From contig CAWJKV010000005.1 in NCBI GenBank assembly GCA_963843555.1, positions 289,849-353,848 on the forward strand: DNA of 64,000 bases. Reading direction: 5' to 3'. This DNA is from an uncultured Methanosarcinales archaeon (GTDB taxonomy: Archaea > Halobacteriota > Methanosarcinia > Methanotrichales > Methanotrichaceae). The position numbers were made by a program, and so were the translations under genes. Positions 44,387 through 55,095 of this stretch are shown piece by piece (positions within the stretch are counted from its first letter, which is position 1; each line of letters starts with the position of its first letter). Below the pieces are notes generated by a model that was given only the letters and a program-made list of their open reading frames with translations, was not told the origin of the DNA and did not search any database.

Positions 44387-45180
44387 GGCTAATTACTTTT
44401 TCAGAACTGAGAATTTATATGCTGGTGGTCATATCGACCGGATGGTGCTGGGGAGGAGACCAAGACTCTTAACCGTTCCATTTGGCAACGGTCCAGAAAT
44501 TAGATCTATCCAGGATATGAGATAAAATATACTTTTTATTATAATAAAAATAAGATGGAAAAGGTAGCAGCAGATCAACTAAAGCAAGCATCAAACAATT
44601 ATTATCCTTCTCGGACTTATAGAATTGATGAGAATTGATTTATATGCTCCTGCCTATAGGGTCAAAGCTACTCTAGCTGCCACATCGCGACTAAGAAATG
44701 AGGTTGAGAAAGGACACACATGAGCCAGTCCTCTGCATCGTCAATGGTGAGCTGAGATGCAATGCAACTGCACTGACGAGGATATAGCTTTGGCGAAATC
44801 TATGAGGCAAAAGGGATGACGTCGCGCATAGGATAAAAACAGCGATCATTATGTGGCAGATTTGCTTTTCTCACTTCATTGCGATTATAGGGAGAATAAA
44901 GCTTATTACTCACCAACTAGCATAATTTGCCTTTGACATTGAGAGTCGTAAGAGACATTTTACTAGTAAAATATGGCTGAGTTCCCGCACCCGGCACATT
45001 AGTATTTCTTATGAGATTAGGCGCATTTTGAAGTGGTGGAATAATTTCTGAGTCTAGACAAGACATAGATGCCACGATCAACTAAAACTAACTCATACTC
45101 CTGGAGCAATTCTTTCAAGATGGCTTTCATCATCACCATTTTGCAGAAGGTTTTTTGCCCAGCAGAGGGACAGATAAGCG

Positions 45181-45677
45181 ATGAACACCAGCCTCGCCAT
45201 CTATCGCGGCATGAAAAGCGCCGGGATAGACTTCGCTTCGTCCGTCCCCTGTGTAAATCTGCAGGAGCTGCTGGACCTCGTGGGCAAAGACCCTGAGATC
45301 ATCCACCTGCCGGCCACCCGCGAAGAAGAAGGCGTGGGCCTCTGCGCCGGGGCCTGGATGGGGGGCCGAAGGCCTGCTCTGCTCATGCAGAACTCGGGCC
45401 TGGGCAACTGCATCAACGCCCTGGCCTCGCTTGATATGCTTTACGGTATTCCCCTGCTGATGATCATAAGCCACCGCGGGGTAGCGGGCGAGCCCATTGT
45501 CGGCCAGGTGCCCATGGGCCAGCTCACGGCTCCCCTGCTGGACGCTATGCAGATCCCGCATTTTTCGCCCGACCGCGCAGAAGCGGAGGATGTGGTGAAG
45601 ATGCCTGGAGCCTGGCAGAGGCCAGCCGGAGGCCTGTCGCCGTTCTCCTGGACCTGGAATTTTGGAGGGAAAAATGA
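45181..45677 (+). CDS. comD: Sulfopyruvate decarboxylase alpha subunit, frameshift near 45600
   Basis: SVPC, REEEGVGLCAGA, MQNSGLGN, SHRG and QVPMG. Confidence 0.92.
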
Positions 45678-46234
45678 AGCGCATAGAGGCCATCGCCCTC
45701 GCGGCTGAGGCGGCCCAGGCCGAAGGTGCTCTGCTCATCTCTAACATCGGCTATCCCAGCCGGGAGCTCTTCTCCGTTAGAGATCGCCCGGAAAACTTCT
45801 ACATGCTCGGCTCCATGGGCCTGGCGTCTTCCATCGGCCTCGGCCTGGCCTTGGCCCGGCCCGAGAGGAGGGTGATCAGCCTCGACGGCGACGGCTCAGT
45901 TCTCATGAACCTGGGAACGCTGGCCACCATCGCCCATCATGCGCCAGAGAATTATCTGCTGGTGATCCTGGACAACTGCTGCTACGGCTCCACAGGCTCC
46001 CAGCCCACCTGCACTCATCTGGGCACCGACCTTGCCGCCCTTGCGGTGGCTGCGGGGGTCAATATTGTAAAAGAAGTTGACAATATCGAGGATCTGGCAA
46101 AAGCACTCACGGGCCAGGGAGTGGTGGTGGCGAAAGTGGAGGCGGGCAATGCCAATGTTCCCATCATCCACCTCGCTCCAAAAGAGATCATCGAGCGATT
46201 CATGAGATGCGCTCGACCGGCGGAGCCATTCTGA
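45674..46234 (+). CDS. comE: Sulfopyruvate decarboxylase beta subunit
   Basis: NIGYPSREL, NFYMLGSMG, ThDP motif DGDGS...DN and YGSTG.Q. Confidence 0.92.
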   Translation: MKRIEAIALAAEAAQAEGALLISNIGYPSRELFSVRDRPENFYMLGSMGLASSIGLGLALARPERRVISLDGDGSVLMNLGTLATIAHHAPENYLLVILDNCCYGSTGSQPTCTHLGTDLAALAVAAGVNIVKEVDNIEDLAKALTGQGVVVAKVEAGNANVPIIHLAPKEIIERFMRCARPAEPF

Positions 46235-47486
46235 AGGAGCCCTCCAGTATCCTTCTCTTCAGCTCATCCGCGAGGCGCAGCGCTCGCAGTTTATCCGATT
46301 GGCGCAAAACCACAGGCACTGTCCTGATCTTTCCTGAGGCGCTCTCCATTCGGATGGCCCCCATGCGGCACCGGAAGGCACCATTTGGACATTCGCTGAC
46401 GCATAGACCGCAGTGGAAGCACAAAGACTCGTTCCGGAGGGCGCGGGTGCCCCGATCATCGAAGCGGACGGCCTTCATTGGGCAGGCCATCTTCACATGG
46501 CATCGCGTGCATCCCCGGCATCTCTCAGGATCGAACTCCACCCGCAGATCTACCTCCTGCCAGACGTCGCCGTAATTGGCCTGGCCGATGACCGTCCTGG
46601 TGTTTATATCAGTGACAGGCAGCGCGATATCTCTGTCAAGCCTCGCAATCTCCGCCAGGATTGTATCGCTTATAATAGGTACAGCCACACCCCAGGAGCA
46701 GATGCACTCCGGGCCCGCTGAGGTGGCAAAGCCTCCCATGTACTCCGGCGACATCTGATGCATATCTGCAAAGCCCGACAGGTTGGGACGCTCTTTAGAG
46801 CTGCGTGTTCCTGTCCCCAAGACGAAGCCCTCCGCGCCGTTGAGGAGAATACGCGTTCCTATGCCTATGGACTCCAGGAGCGGATCATTTTTTAAGGGAT
46901 TTATCTGGCCGCATCCTGAGAACGTCGCTCCCCGGCAATGAGGCTCAAAGCCGCGCACGTGAAAGATGGTGTTGACAGGCGTCGCCCCCGGATTGACAAA
47001 AGCCGAGTAGTTCTTGAAGGCATGGCGCGATCCATAGATGCGAGCATACGGCATATCATCCAGCCCGACCTCGGCCTGAAGCGATCTTCCATCATCGGTC
47101 TCGACCTCAACCGATGCCGTCTTCTTCTCCACCAGATCGCGAAAGAGGTGACCACCCCCGTAATTGGGCCGGTCCCGGCTGTGGGCCGTTCCGAAGATCA
47201 TCAGGTCCAGGACCCCCAGGTTTTCGTTGGGACAGGGGCCCACCTGGGCGGATATGCCGTTGATCCAGACCCTTTTTGCCCTCAGAAATGATGCAGGCCT
47301 GGCCACAGGAAAGGAGAGGATCGCGTAGGTGCCGCTCATCACCGCTCGTGTGGCCGTGGTGACAACGTCCACCTCGGAGAGGGACGGCCTGTCTGCCTCG
47401 ATCAGCTCGGCGACCTCTTGGGCCGTGATGACGACAGCCTCGCCTCGCTCAACCCTTTCCAGTATTTCTGCATATGATCTTACCAT
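46200..47486 (-). CDS. Methanogenesis marker 16 metalloprotein (DUF39 plus 2x[4Fe-4S])
   Basis: VDVVTTATRAVMSGT, GPCPNE.LG, FSGCG.INP..NDP and two CxxCxxC ferredoxin motifs. Confidence 0.88.
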   Translation of the reverse strand: MVRSYAEILERVERGEAVVITAQEVAELIEADRPSLSEVDVVTTATRAVMSGTYAILSFPVARPASFLRAKRVWINGISAQVGPCPNENLGVLDLMIFGTAHSRDRPNYGGGHLFRDLVEKKTASVEVETDDGRSLQAEVGLDDMPYARIYGSRHAFKNYSAFVNPGATPVNTIFHVRGFEPHCRGATFSGCGQINPLKNDPLLESIGIGTRILLNGAEGFVLGTGTRSSKERPNLSGFADMHQMSPEYMGGFATSAGPECICSWGVAVPIISDTILAEIARLDRDIALPVTDINTRTVIGQANYGDVWQEVDLRVEFDPERCRGCTRCHVKMACPMKAVRFDDRGTRALRNESLCFHCGLCVSECPNGAFRCRMGAIRMESASGKIRTVPVVLRQSDKLRALRLADELKRRILEGSFRMAPPVERIS

Positions 47487-47701
47487 TACAATCAGCTACC
47501 TTCATTATGACTCGAGTCCGGGCTCCATTCAAACCTGTACTATTTCTAGAAACGCTTTTCGCCCTGCTTCTGCTATATTGACACGATTGTAGGATTATTT
47601 TGGCATATTATCCCTTCTGAGAAGATAATTCCTTATGGCTGGAAAATGCTTTATACCGATCGTTCTACGAAATGGGCAAAGTCACAACTCAGGTGATCGC
47701 A

Positions 47702-48740
47702 TTGAAGAAATTCATAATTATGGCCATCCTGGCGGCTGTGGTAGTGATGTCGCTGGGCTGCATCTCGCCTCCGGAGAAGAAAGAGGCAGTCTCCACGAAT
47801 GTGACGCAAGGAGAAGATGCCCGGTATGATTTCTACCCTGAACATTGGGTACCAGCCCAGTACCCATCAGATCGCAGAGATGGTCGCTTCCGAGAAGGGC
47901 TGGTGGGCAGAAGACTTGGCGCCCTTTGGCATAACTGAGATCAAGGAGTTTGAGTTTCCAACAGGAGTACCGGAGATGCAAGCCATGGTCGCAGGAGAGC
48001 TGGATATCGCTTATGTGGGAACTGCGCCACCCATTTCTGCCATATCGGCGGGACTGCCGGCCAAGATCGTGGCTGCGGTCAACATCAACGGTTCCAATCT
48101 GGTCCTCAGCCCGGATCTGGTCTACAATGGACCCGCATCTTTGGTCGGCCTTTCCATCGGCACGTTCCCACCCGGATCGATTCAGGATACAGTCCTGAAG
48201 AATTGGCTCGAAGAAAACGGGGTGGATGTCTCTCAGGTTGATATCAAAGCTATGGACCCGGGACCTGCCATGAGTGCGCTGTCGGCAGGCAAAATAGATG
48301 GGGTCTTCCTCCCGCATCCATCGCCATCCATAATTGAGCTGAACGGCAAGGGCGTAGGGGCAGTAGCTTCGGGCGAGATGTGGCCGAACCATGCCTGTTG
48401 CAGTCTGGTAGTCACTGACAAACTCATCAAAGAGCAGCCGGAACTGGTAGAGCAGATCATAAAGACTCATATCAAGGCGACCGACTACATCAATGCTCAT
48501 CCTGATGAGGCCGCACAGATATACGCCAAGAGGACCAGAGCGAACATCACGGAAATTGAGCATTCCGTCGAGAACTGGGATGGCAAGTGGATCAGCGATC
48601 CGCGTATTCAGGTGCCTTCGACCCTCGAATACGCAAAAATCGACTACGATATGAAGTACATCGAGAACGAGCTGACCGCGGAGGATCTCTTCGATACCAG
48701 TCTCTACGAGAGGGCAAAAGGTGCTGAGGAAAGCGAGTAA
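47702..48740 (+). CDS. ABC transporter substrate-binding lipoprotein (SsuA/TauA/NMT1 type), frameshift near 47815
   Basis: Lipobox SLGC, IGYQPSTHQ, FPTG.PEMQAM.AGELD, PGSIQD and HACC. Confidence 0.88.
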
Positions 48741-49512
48741 GATCTCGAATGTCCTGAGAAATCAGGGCATTTCCGTTCTTTCCATTTTTGGATTGATCGT
48801 TATCTGGCAGACGGCTGCCTTTCTGGTCAATGACCCATTGATACTTCCCAGTTTTTCCCAGGTTGTTGCTGCTTTTATGGAAAACTGGCGGTCAATTCTC
48901 ACCGAGGACCTGCCGGTCAGCTCACTTCACTTCGCCATTGGCATGGTGGGTGGTATGTTAGTTGCTCTGCCCGTTGGAATGATGATGGGATGGTTCAAGC
49001 TTTTTGACAATATTTTGGACCCCATCGTGGAGATATTGCGCCCCATACCCCCATTGGCCTGGATCCCATTTGCCATTATCTGGTTTGGCATAACAAATGC
49101 TGCAGCAGGTTTCATTATCTTCATGGGGGCGGTGTTTCCCATACTGATCAATACCTATGTGGGTTTTAAGAGCCTGCCGCGCCTGTATGTCGAATCTGCA
49201 AAAGTTTTGGGTGCAACTAAAGATATCGATCTGATAAGGTATGTCGCTCTGCCTTTCGCCCTGCCATCCATCGCGGCAGGCATAAGGATTGCCATGGGAA
49301 TTGCCTGGATGTGTCTTGTGGCTGCCGAAATGTTCGGGGTAAGCAAGAACGGCCTGGGATTTAAGATCTGGGACTCTTACGGCCACTATCGGATGGATGA
49401 GGTATTGATGTACATGATTGTCCTGGGTCTGCTGGGCCTGGCCATAGATCGCACCTTCCGCTATGTGGTGGAGGACAGGATGCTGAAGTGGCGGGTGGGA
49501 CTCACGCAATAG
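48721..49512 (+). CDS. ABC transporter permease (SsuC/TauC type)
   Basis: LRPIPPLAWIP, EAA-like ESAKVLGA and LVAAEM. Confidence 0.92.
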   Translation: MLRKASKISNVLRNQGISVLSIFGLIVIWQTAAFLVNDPLILPSFSQVVAAFMENWRSILTEDLPVSSLHFAIGMVGGMLVALPVGMMMGWFKLFDNILDPIVEILRPIPPLAWIPFAIIWFGITNAAAGFIIFMGAVFPILINTYVGFKSLPRLYVESAKVLGATKDIDLIRYVALPFALPSIAAGIRIAMGIAWMCLVAAEMFGVSKNGLGFKIWDSYGHYRMDEVLMYMIVLGLLGLAIDRTFRYVVEDRMLKWRVGLTQ

Positions 49513-49660
49513 TTTTTCTAAATTTTAAAAAAATTATCTTTTTTCGACTAACTGCATCACGAAGTGCAAAGCAAGCGCAAGCAAGTGCAAAGCCTTAATA
49601 TGACAAGGGAATTCACCATAGGCCATAGATTCGTAATATCGTCATATCTGAGGAAAGGTT

Positions 49661-50851
49661 ATGAAGAGAAATATCAAGGTTGAACGCCTCAATCAAAGAC
49701 CGTTGGAGCAACAGGAGATAGAGCTGGTAGAGCGCAAGGGCATAGGCCACCCGGATAGCGTTGCAGACGGCCTCGCGGAGTCCATCAGCCGGGCTCTGTG
49801 CCAGGAATACCTTGATAGATTCGGGGCGGTGCTGCACCACAACACCGATAAGACTCAGATCGTGGCAGGAAGATCCAAACCCGCCTTTGGCGGCGGTGAG
49901 GTCATCTGCCCCCTTTACATTTTGCTCACCGGGCGCGCCACGAGAGTCTTCAAAGAGGAGGAGATTCCTGTGGACACTATCGCCATCAAAGCGGCGCGTA
50001 AGCTCCTGGCGGAGTCGCTCTCCAATTTGGATGTCAATAACCATGTTATCCTTGATGCCAAGATAGGCATGGGATCCTCAGATCTGCGAGATGTCTTCGG
50101 CCGGAAGGTTCCCTCTGCTAACGACACCTCCTTCGGCGTTGGATATGCGCCACTCTCCGAGACGGAGAATATAGTCTTCAACACAGAGCGAGAGCTCATG
50201 AGGCTCAAAAAGAGCATCCCGGCCATCGGAGAGGACATCAAGGTTATGGGCATGCGCCAGGGAGACGTCATCAATCTCACCATCGCCTGCGCCATGGTCG
50301 ACAAGCATGTGGCAAACCTCAAGGAATATGCGGATACGAAGAGGGACATCGTTGAACATGTCATTGAGTATGCCAAGCAGTTTACTGCCCGCAAGGTAAA
50401 TGCGCAGATGAACGTTGCCGACAATATCGAACAGGGATCGGTCTACATCACAGTCACGGGCACCTCGGCAGAGATGGGAGACGATGGAGCTGTGGGCCGC
50501 GGCAACCGTGCCAATGGACTCATCACCCCCAACAGGCCCATGAGCCTGGAGGCTACCTGCGGTAAGAACCCCATCAATCACGTGGGCAAGATCTACAACC
50601 TGCTCTCCATTGAGGCGGCAAGACAGATCGCAGCCGACGTTCAGGGCATTGACGAGGTCTACATTAAGATTCTCTCTCAGATCGGCAAGCCCATCGACGA
50701 GCCGCACATTGCCAGCGTGCAGATCGTTCCCAAAGAGGGCGTGGACTTGAAGACGGTGGAAGCGGGAGCCATCGAGATCCTGGACGAGTGGCTGGCCAGC
50801 ATTCCCAAGCTGCAGCAGATGCTGTTCCGGGGAGAGCTCAGCACCTACTGA
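49661..50851 (+). CDS. mat: Archaeal S-adenosylmethionine synthetase
   Basis: [32 protein letters not shown] and [13 protein letters not shown]. Confidence 0.97.
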   Translation: MKRNIKVERLNQRPLEQQEIELVERKGIGHPDSVADGLAESISRALCQEYLDRFGAVLHHNTDKTQIVAGRSKPAFGGGEVICPLYILLTGRATRVFKEEEIPVDTIAIKAARKLLAESLSNLDVNNHVILDAKIGMGSSDLRDVFGRKVPSANDTSFGVGYAPLSETENIVFNTERELMRLKKSIPAIGEDIKVMGMRQGDVINLTIACAMVDKHVANLKEYADTKRDIVEHVIEYAKQFTARKVNAQMNVADNIEQGSVYITVTGTSAEMGDDGAVGRGNRANGLITPNRPMSLEATCGKNPINHVGKIYNLLSIEAARQIAADVQGIDEVYIKILSQIGKPIDEPHIASVQIVPKEGVDLKTVEAGAIEILDEWLASIPKLQQMLFRGELSTY

Positions 50852-50925
50852 GTTCTCTTTTTTATATAAATTTTATTATAAAAATATTCCTTTTGTTCAA
50901 TCCCCGGGTTTGCTAATCGAGGCTT

Positions 50926-50993
50926 AATGAAAAGGAGGGAGGCAAAAGTCTCGGGTGTAGGAGGGAGAAAAGAGACCATCGACCTTTGCCTAT
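50926..50993 (-). ncRNA. Candidate sRNA with anti-Shine-Dalgarno motifs
   Basis: BRE/TATA (AAATCTTTATATG) about 25 nt upstream; stem AGGCAAAGGTC/GACTTTTGCCT; CTCCCTCCT in the loop and again after the stem. Confidence 0.5.
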
Positions 50994-51355
50994 TCTATAT
51001 ACAACAATTGCCGACATATAAAGATTTGGTTTTCGGCAAGATGCCCTGATAGGCAAGACAATTGACCGTTTAAGAATAGGAATCGAGTCTCAGGCGGCCA
51101 ATAATCGCAGGCTCAAAAAAATTGTTCCATTCCAAATCATGGCCTCTGGTCTTTCATCATCATCCTGCTTATCTCCCAGGGGCGGCTGGCCTGCGCGCAC
51201 GCTTCCCTCTCGCTCGCCCTGCGCCCGAGCCCGCGTGCCACTAAGCCAGGCAGAACCGCCCAGGAGATCGGCACGGCCGTTGAGGTCTTCTTGCTACTGC
51301 TTCATTTGCGATGATGCGACGAAGATGATTTCGTGGGATAGTTCGATGCAGCCAA

Positions 51356-51748
51356 CTACCCCCTTTCTGAATGGCTTATTTCATCTTTTAGCCGCACCAG
51401 GAATTTTTCTGCATCTTTGATTGTCTCACGGGCTTCATCCTCGGAGATTTCACGTGAAATGGAGTAATCGGCCTCTGATCGGAGTTCCTCCGCAATCCTC
51501 AGGGCTCTGCCATAGTACCGTTCAATAAGACCCGTATCGATAAACTCCTGGCCAAAGCGGGCGATGAGGCCTTTGTGGGTCTTTACTCGAATCTTTCTAG
51601 TGAGAAATAATGCAACGGTTGAAAAATACATGCTGTAATAAGCTCTGCTCACGGCATCGTCATAAAATCCTTCTTTCATGAGATGGCGTGCAACATCGAG
51701 CCTCTTTTCTGCCTCAGAGAGAAGCTGTGTAACTTCGACATCAGGCAA
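51356..51748 (-). CDS. HEPN domain toxin
   Basis: AVSRAYYSM, KTHKG...F and R..ADY. Confidence 0.9.
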   Translation of the reverse strand: MPDVEVTQLLSEAEKRLDVARHLMKEGFYDDAVSRAYYSMYFSTVALFLTRKIRVKTHKGLIARFGQEFIDTGLIERYYGRALRIAEELRSEADYSISREISEDEARETIKDAEKFLVRLKDEISHSERG

Positions 51749-52061
51749 TTTTCACCCCCTCAGAGAGGACATTGCTAAAAAAGGAGAAGGTCTTCCTGGC
51801 CTCGAAGTCATTTTTAGAGAAAACCTTCACCGATATGTCCACTCCCGTTTCCAGAAGAATATCAAAGGCTATGCTGATCAGTTCTCGTCGCAACCGGAAA
51901 TCTTCTTTGTCTACTATTACGAGCAGATCGATATCCGAGTCGGGCCTGGCAGTTCCTCTTGCAACAGAGCCAAACAGTGTGACACTCTCGATTCGTTCTC
52001 CGTGAGCCTGGTATGCTCTTTTCACAAATAGATCTAGGGCTTTTTGCCTATCGAAATCCAT
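51741..52061 (-). CDS. Minimal nucleotidyltransferase (MNT) antitoxin
   Basis: LFGSVARG...DSDIDL; overlaps the HEPN start. Confidence 0.92.
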   Translation of the reverse strand: MDFDRQKALDLFVKRAYQAHGERIESVTLFGSVARGTARPDSDIDLLVIVDKEDFRLRRELISIAFDILLETGVDISVKVFSKNDFEARKTFSFFSNVLSEGVKIA

Positions 52062-52172
52062 TGACTTTCCTCGGACTTCTCATGAAGGGCGGATAATTTT
52101 CAGATTCAAAATAAGAAATGCGGCTGAAAAGTTATAACTTTTGCTCATAAGAAGCTTAAGTATATCATGATT

Positions 52173-52883
52173 TTATTCCCGATTCGCTTTCTTCTTTGGC
52201 GGTATCCTGGCCGGACGAATCTGCGGACCCACAAGCGGCTGGAGATAATCGAGGAACGGCTTCATGGCAGCAAAGACCGCCATTGCATAGTCGGCAAAAT
52301 CAGGGCTGAGCACTTCCTTGTCGCTGAGCGAATGATGAACCATGAACTGTTTGTGCCGGATCAATTCGATTTCGGGATCGTCGATGGCATATCCTCGCGG
52401 CGCTGTCTTGAGTTTTTCGCCGGAGATGCCGCCGAAATATCTCTGGAAAGCTGGGGCCTCCATCACTCTTTTGATCTTGGCGGGATCATTGGCGATGGAG
52501 GAGCGGATGGCCTGCAGGTCAGAGGATGTCGGCATGTGGGCGCCGCCGGCGATCAATGAGCCACCATCGGGCATGATATGAATGTAATAGGGCAGCCGCA
52601 GAGAGTGCTTGCCGCCAGGCGCGAGCACGGCTGAGAAGTGGTTCTTGTAGGGAGGCATATTCCTGGCAAAGCGCAGGTTGTTATTGATGCGGAAGATGGC
52701 GTCCCTGGCCGTCAGATCGCCCAGGGGCTCGATGGAGTCGAAGCGGAGGATCAGGCCCTGGATGAAGTCCTCAAAGATCATTTTGGCCTGATCGTATTCA
52801 GGACGATGCGTTTCGAACCATTCGTGGTTATTGTTCTGGCGAAGAGTACGCAGAAAATCGAAGATCGGCTGGAATTGAGGCAT
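52173..52883 (-). CDS. DUF2461-family protein
   Basis: NNN.EWF, FRIN...RF...PYK, YYIHI and LKTAPRGY. Confidence 0.85.
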   Translation of the reverse strand: MPQFQPIFDFLRTLRQNNNHEWFETHRPEYDQAKMIFEDFIQGLILRFDSIEPLGDLTARDAIFRINNNLRFARNMPPYKNHFSAVLAPGGKHSLRLPYYIHIMPDGGSLIAGGAHMPTSSDLQAIRSSIANDPAKIKRVMEAPAFQRYFGGISGEKLKTAPRGYAIDDPEIELIRHKQFMVHHSLSDKEVLSPDFADYAMAVFAAMKPFLDYLQPLVGPQIRPARIPPKKKANRE

Positions 52884-53008
52884 GTGAATAGATTATGCTC
52901 TCAAGCTTTAGATAATTTTCACTTCATGCGAGAGGATGGTGGCAGGAGAAGTACATGTTTCTAATAACATATATCATATAACTTCCATTTCCTAATTCGT
53001 CAAAAAAA

Positions 53009-54665
53009 TTAAAAGTCAAACAATGACTTCTGTCTCCTCCCCGCCTCAGGCTCTGGCCTCCGTCTTCTCTGCTTTCGCCTCTTCCTCTACTTTACGCGGC
53101 CTGCCCCTCTTGCGGGCCTCAGGCTTAGTGGCAATTGCATCCTGGCAGGGCTCGTTCTTCGCCAGAGCTGGCTCCACTGGGTCGAGCCCGATCGTCTGGA
53201 GCAGAGTGCGGGCTCGGATTGGCCTCGAGGTTATCAGATAACAGCACTTGGTGCGTCTTCCTGCACAGCAGTTTCATCTCCTTGCTCGCCACGCTCGCAT
53301 CCGCATCGCCAGCGCGCGCAGGCTGACGGCGACAGCACCAGCGAGCGAATGCTGCGCTGTGCTATGCCAGGCCAGCTCGATATCCTCGATCTCTTCAGCG
53401 GTCCGTATCTTCAGGGCTTCCTCGAAGATGCTCTGCACCTTCTTCGTAGTAGGAGCGCTGCCCAGGAGCAGAGCGATCTCCTCCACCTCCAGATCCAGCT
53501 CTGCCGCCAGCGGGGCGGCTCTCTTCTTGTCTTTGAGGAGCAGCCCCACAAAGCCCATCAGCTCCGACCGGGCGAAGCTCGCCGAGACATGGCAGTGTCT
53601 GCCTATCTTTTTGGCGGCGGAATCTCGAATGCTGCGCGCCTTGCGGGTCTGCCCCATCCTGCGCCAGAGGCTGGGCGGCCGGAAAGCTATGTAGCCATGG
53701 CCGCGTGCCCCCTTCGCGGCCTGCACTCCTCCCGTCATGAGAAAGCTGGCATAGCGCCACAGACCATATACCTGCCTGCGTCGCACCCGACCCAGAAAGA
53801 TGTCCGCCCGCGCCAGGCGATCGTAACCCCAGAATAGATCCAAACCTCTGTATGCCAGGGGCAGGTTCTCGTCCACCCAGTTGATCAGGTCTTCCGGGCT
53901 CTCATCCAGAGCATAAGAAGCCTGTAGTGCCTCCTGTGCGTTGTTGCCCTTAAAAATAACCTCTAAAACCTTGAAGACGGACGACTTGACGTCGCGCTCG
54001 GCCGTGGCTATGTCTTCCAGCTTCAATTCCCTCTGCCCCTGGGCTGCAGCCTGCAGATCATTGATCCCGGAGCGCATATCGCCACCCGCCCTCTCGGCAA
54101 TCATCATCAGAGCATCCGGATCACAGGTCACGTCTTCCAATCTGCAGATCTCCCGCAGCGCCTGGGCAATGGTAGTGGAACGAACCGACCGGAACTGGAT
54201 GCCCTTGATTGCGTCCCGCAGAGGCTTCTCGATCTCATAGTACTCATTAGCGATGAGCAATACTGGCTGCGAAGTGCTGCGCACCAGCTTTAGCATGGCC
54301 GCCGCTCCTCCCCGGTCCGCGGTGCCATGCAGATTGTCCGCCTCATCCAGAATGACGAGCCGGGGCTTTCCGGAGAAGGTTCGGCTCTGCGAGGCTGGAC
54401 CCGCAATCTTCTGAATCATGCCTGCTGTGCGCGCGTCCGAGGCGTTCATCTCAATATAGTCCCAGTCAAATTCACGTGCCAGCGCAAGGGCCGCTGAGGT
54501 CTTGCCCGTTCCCGCGGGCCCATAAAGAATAGCCGCACCGGTGATGGGTTCGCCCATCTCCCAGGACTTCGCCCAGGCCCGCAGCTCTTCAATGGCCTTA
54601 CCATTTCCCAAAACCTGTTTAAGGGAATCCGGCCGATACTTTTCCGTCCATTTCGTGGCAACCAT
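53009..54665 (-). CDS. rfcL: Replication factor C large subunit, C-terminal tail frameshifted
   Basis: WTEKYRP, GPAGTGKT, EMNASD.R, LDEAD and GDMRS; terminal PIP box QKSLFDF before the stop at 53009. Confidence 0.95.
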
Positions 54666-54666
54666 T

Positions 54667-55095
54667 CTACCAGACGCCCTCTCTGCCCGTCATCTCTTTA
54701 ATATTTATCTCCCAGATTGTCATATCCATCTTCTCCAGCTCCTCCCGCTGGAACTTCTTGCCGCCATGGCCGCCCTGGCCCTTTTCTGTAAAAACATCGA
54801 ACATCTTCTGCTTGGCTTCAACGCTATCCGATAGCCCCACGGTGCCAAAGACTGCAACGCTAGACCAGTGATCTTTATCGAGGACATCTATCTGGAAGCA
54901 GACATTGGAGTTCTCGGTCGCATACTCAACCTTCTTTCCTTTTCCGCGAGAGTGAAGGTAGATCACATTTCCATGATAGACATAAGACATTGGAACGACA
55001 TAGGGCAGGTTGTTTATGGACAATCCCAGCCGGCCAAACCGGACCCTTGAAAGAAGAATTGAGCATTCATCCTGAGATAACTCCTTGGGCTTCAT
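54667..55095 (-). CDS. Pyridoxamine 5'-phosphate oxidase/NimA-like flavin-binding protein
   Basis: GRLGL..PYVVP..Y..IYLHS..GKK...N.VCFQ.D...W.SV. Confidence 0.85.
   Translation of the reverse strand: MKPKELSQDECSILLSRVRFGRLGLSINNLPYVVPMSYVYHGNVIYLHSRGKGKKVEYATENSNVCFQIDVLDKDHWSSVAVFGTVGLSDSVEAKQKMFDVFTEKGQGGHGGKKFQREELEKMDMTIWEINIKEMTGREGVW

Larger units (their letters stand above)
39010..45019. mobile_element. Decayed integrative island at tRNA-Met
   Basis: Degenerate direct repeat of the tRNA 3' end and flank at 44975-45019; AT-rich cargo and gene remnants; no integrase seen. Confidence 0.75.

Noticed and set aside
44771..44800. CTGACGA...GAAA hammerhead-like motif
   Set aside because: Stem II cannot form and there is no NUH cleavage site with stems I/III.
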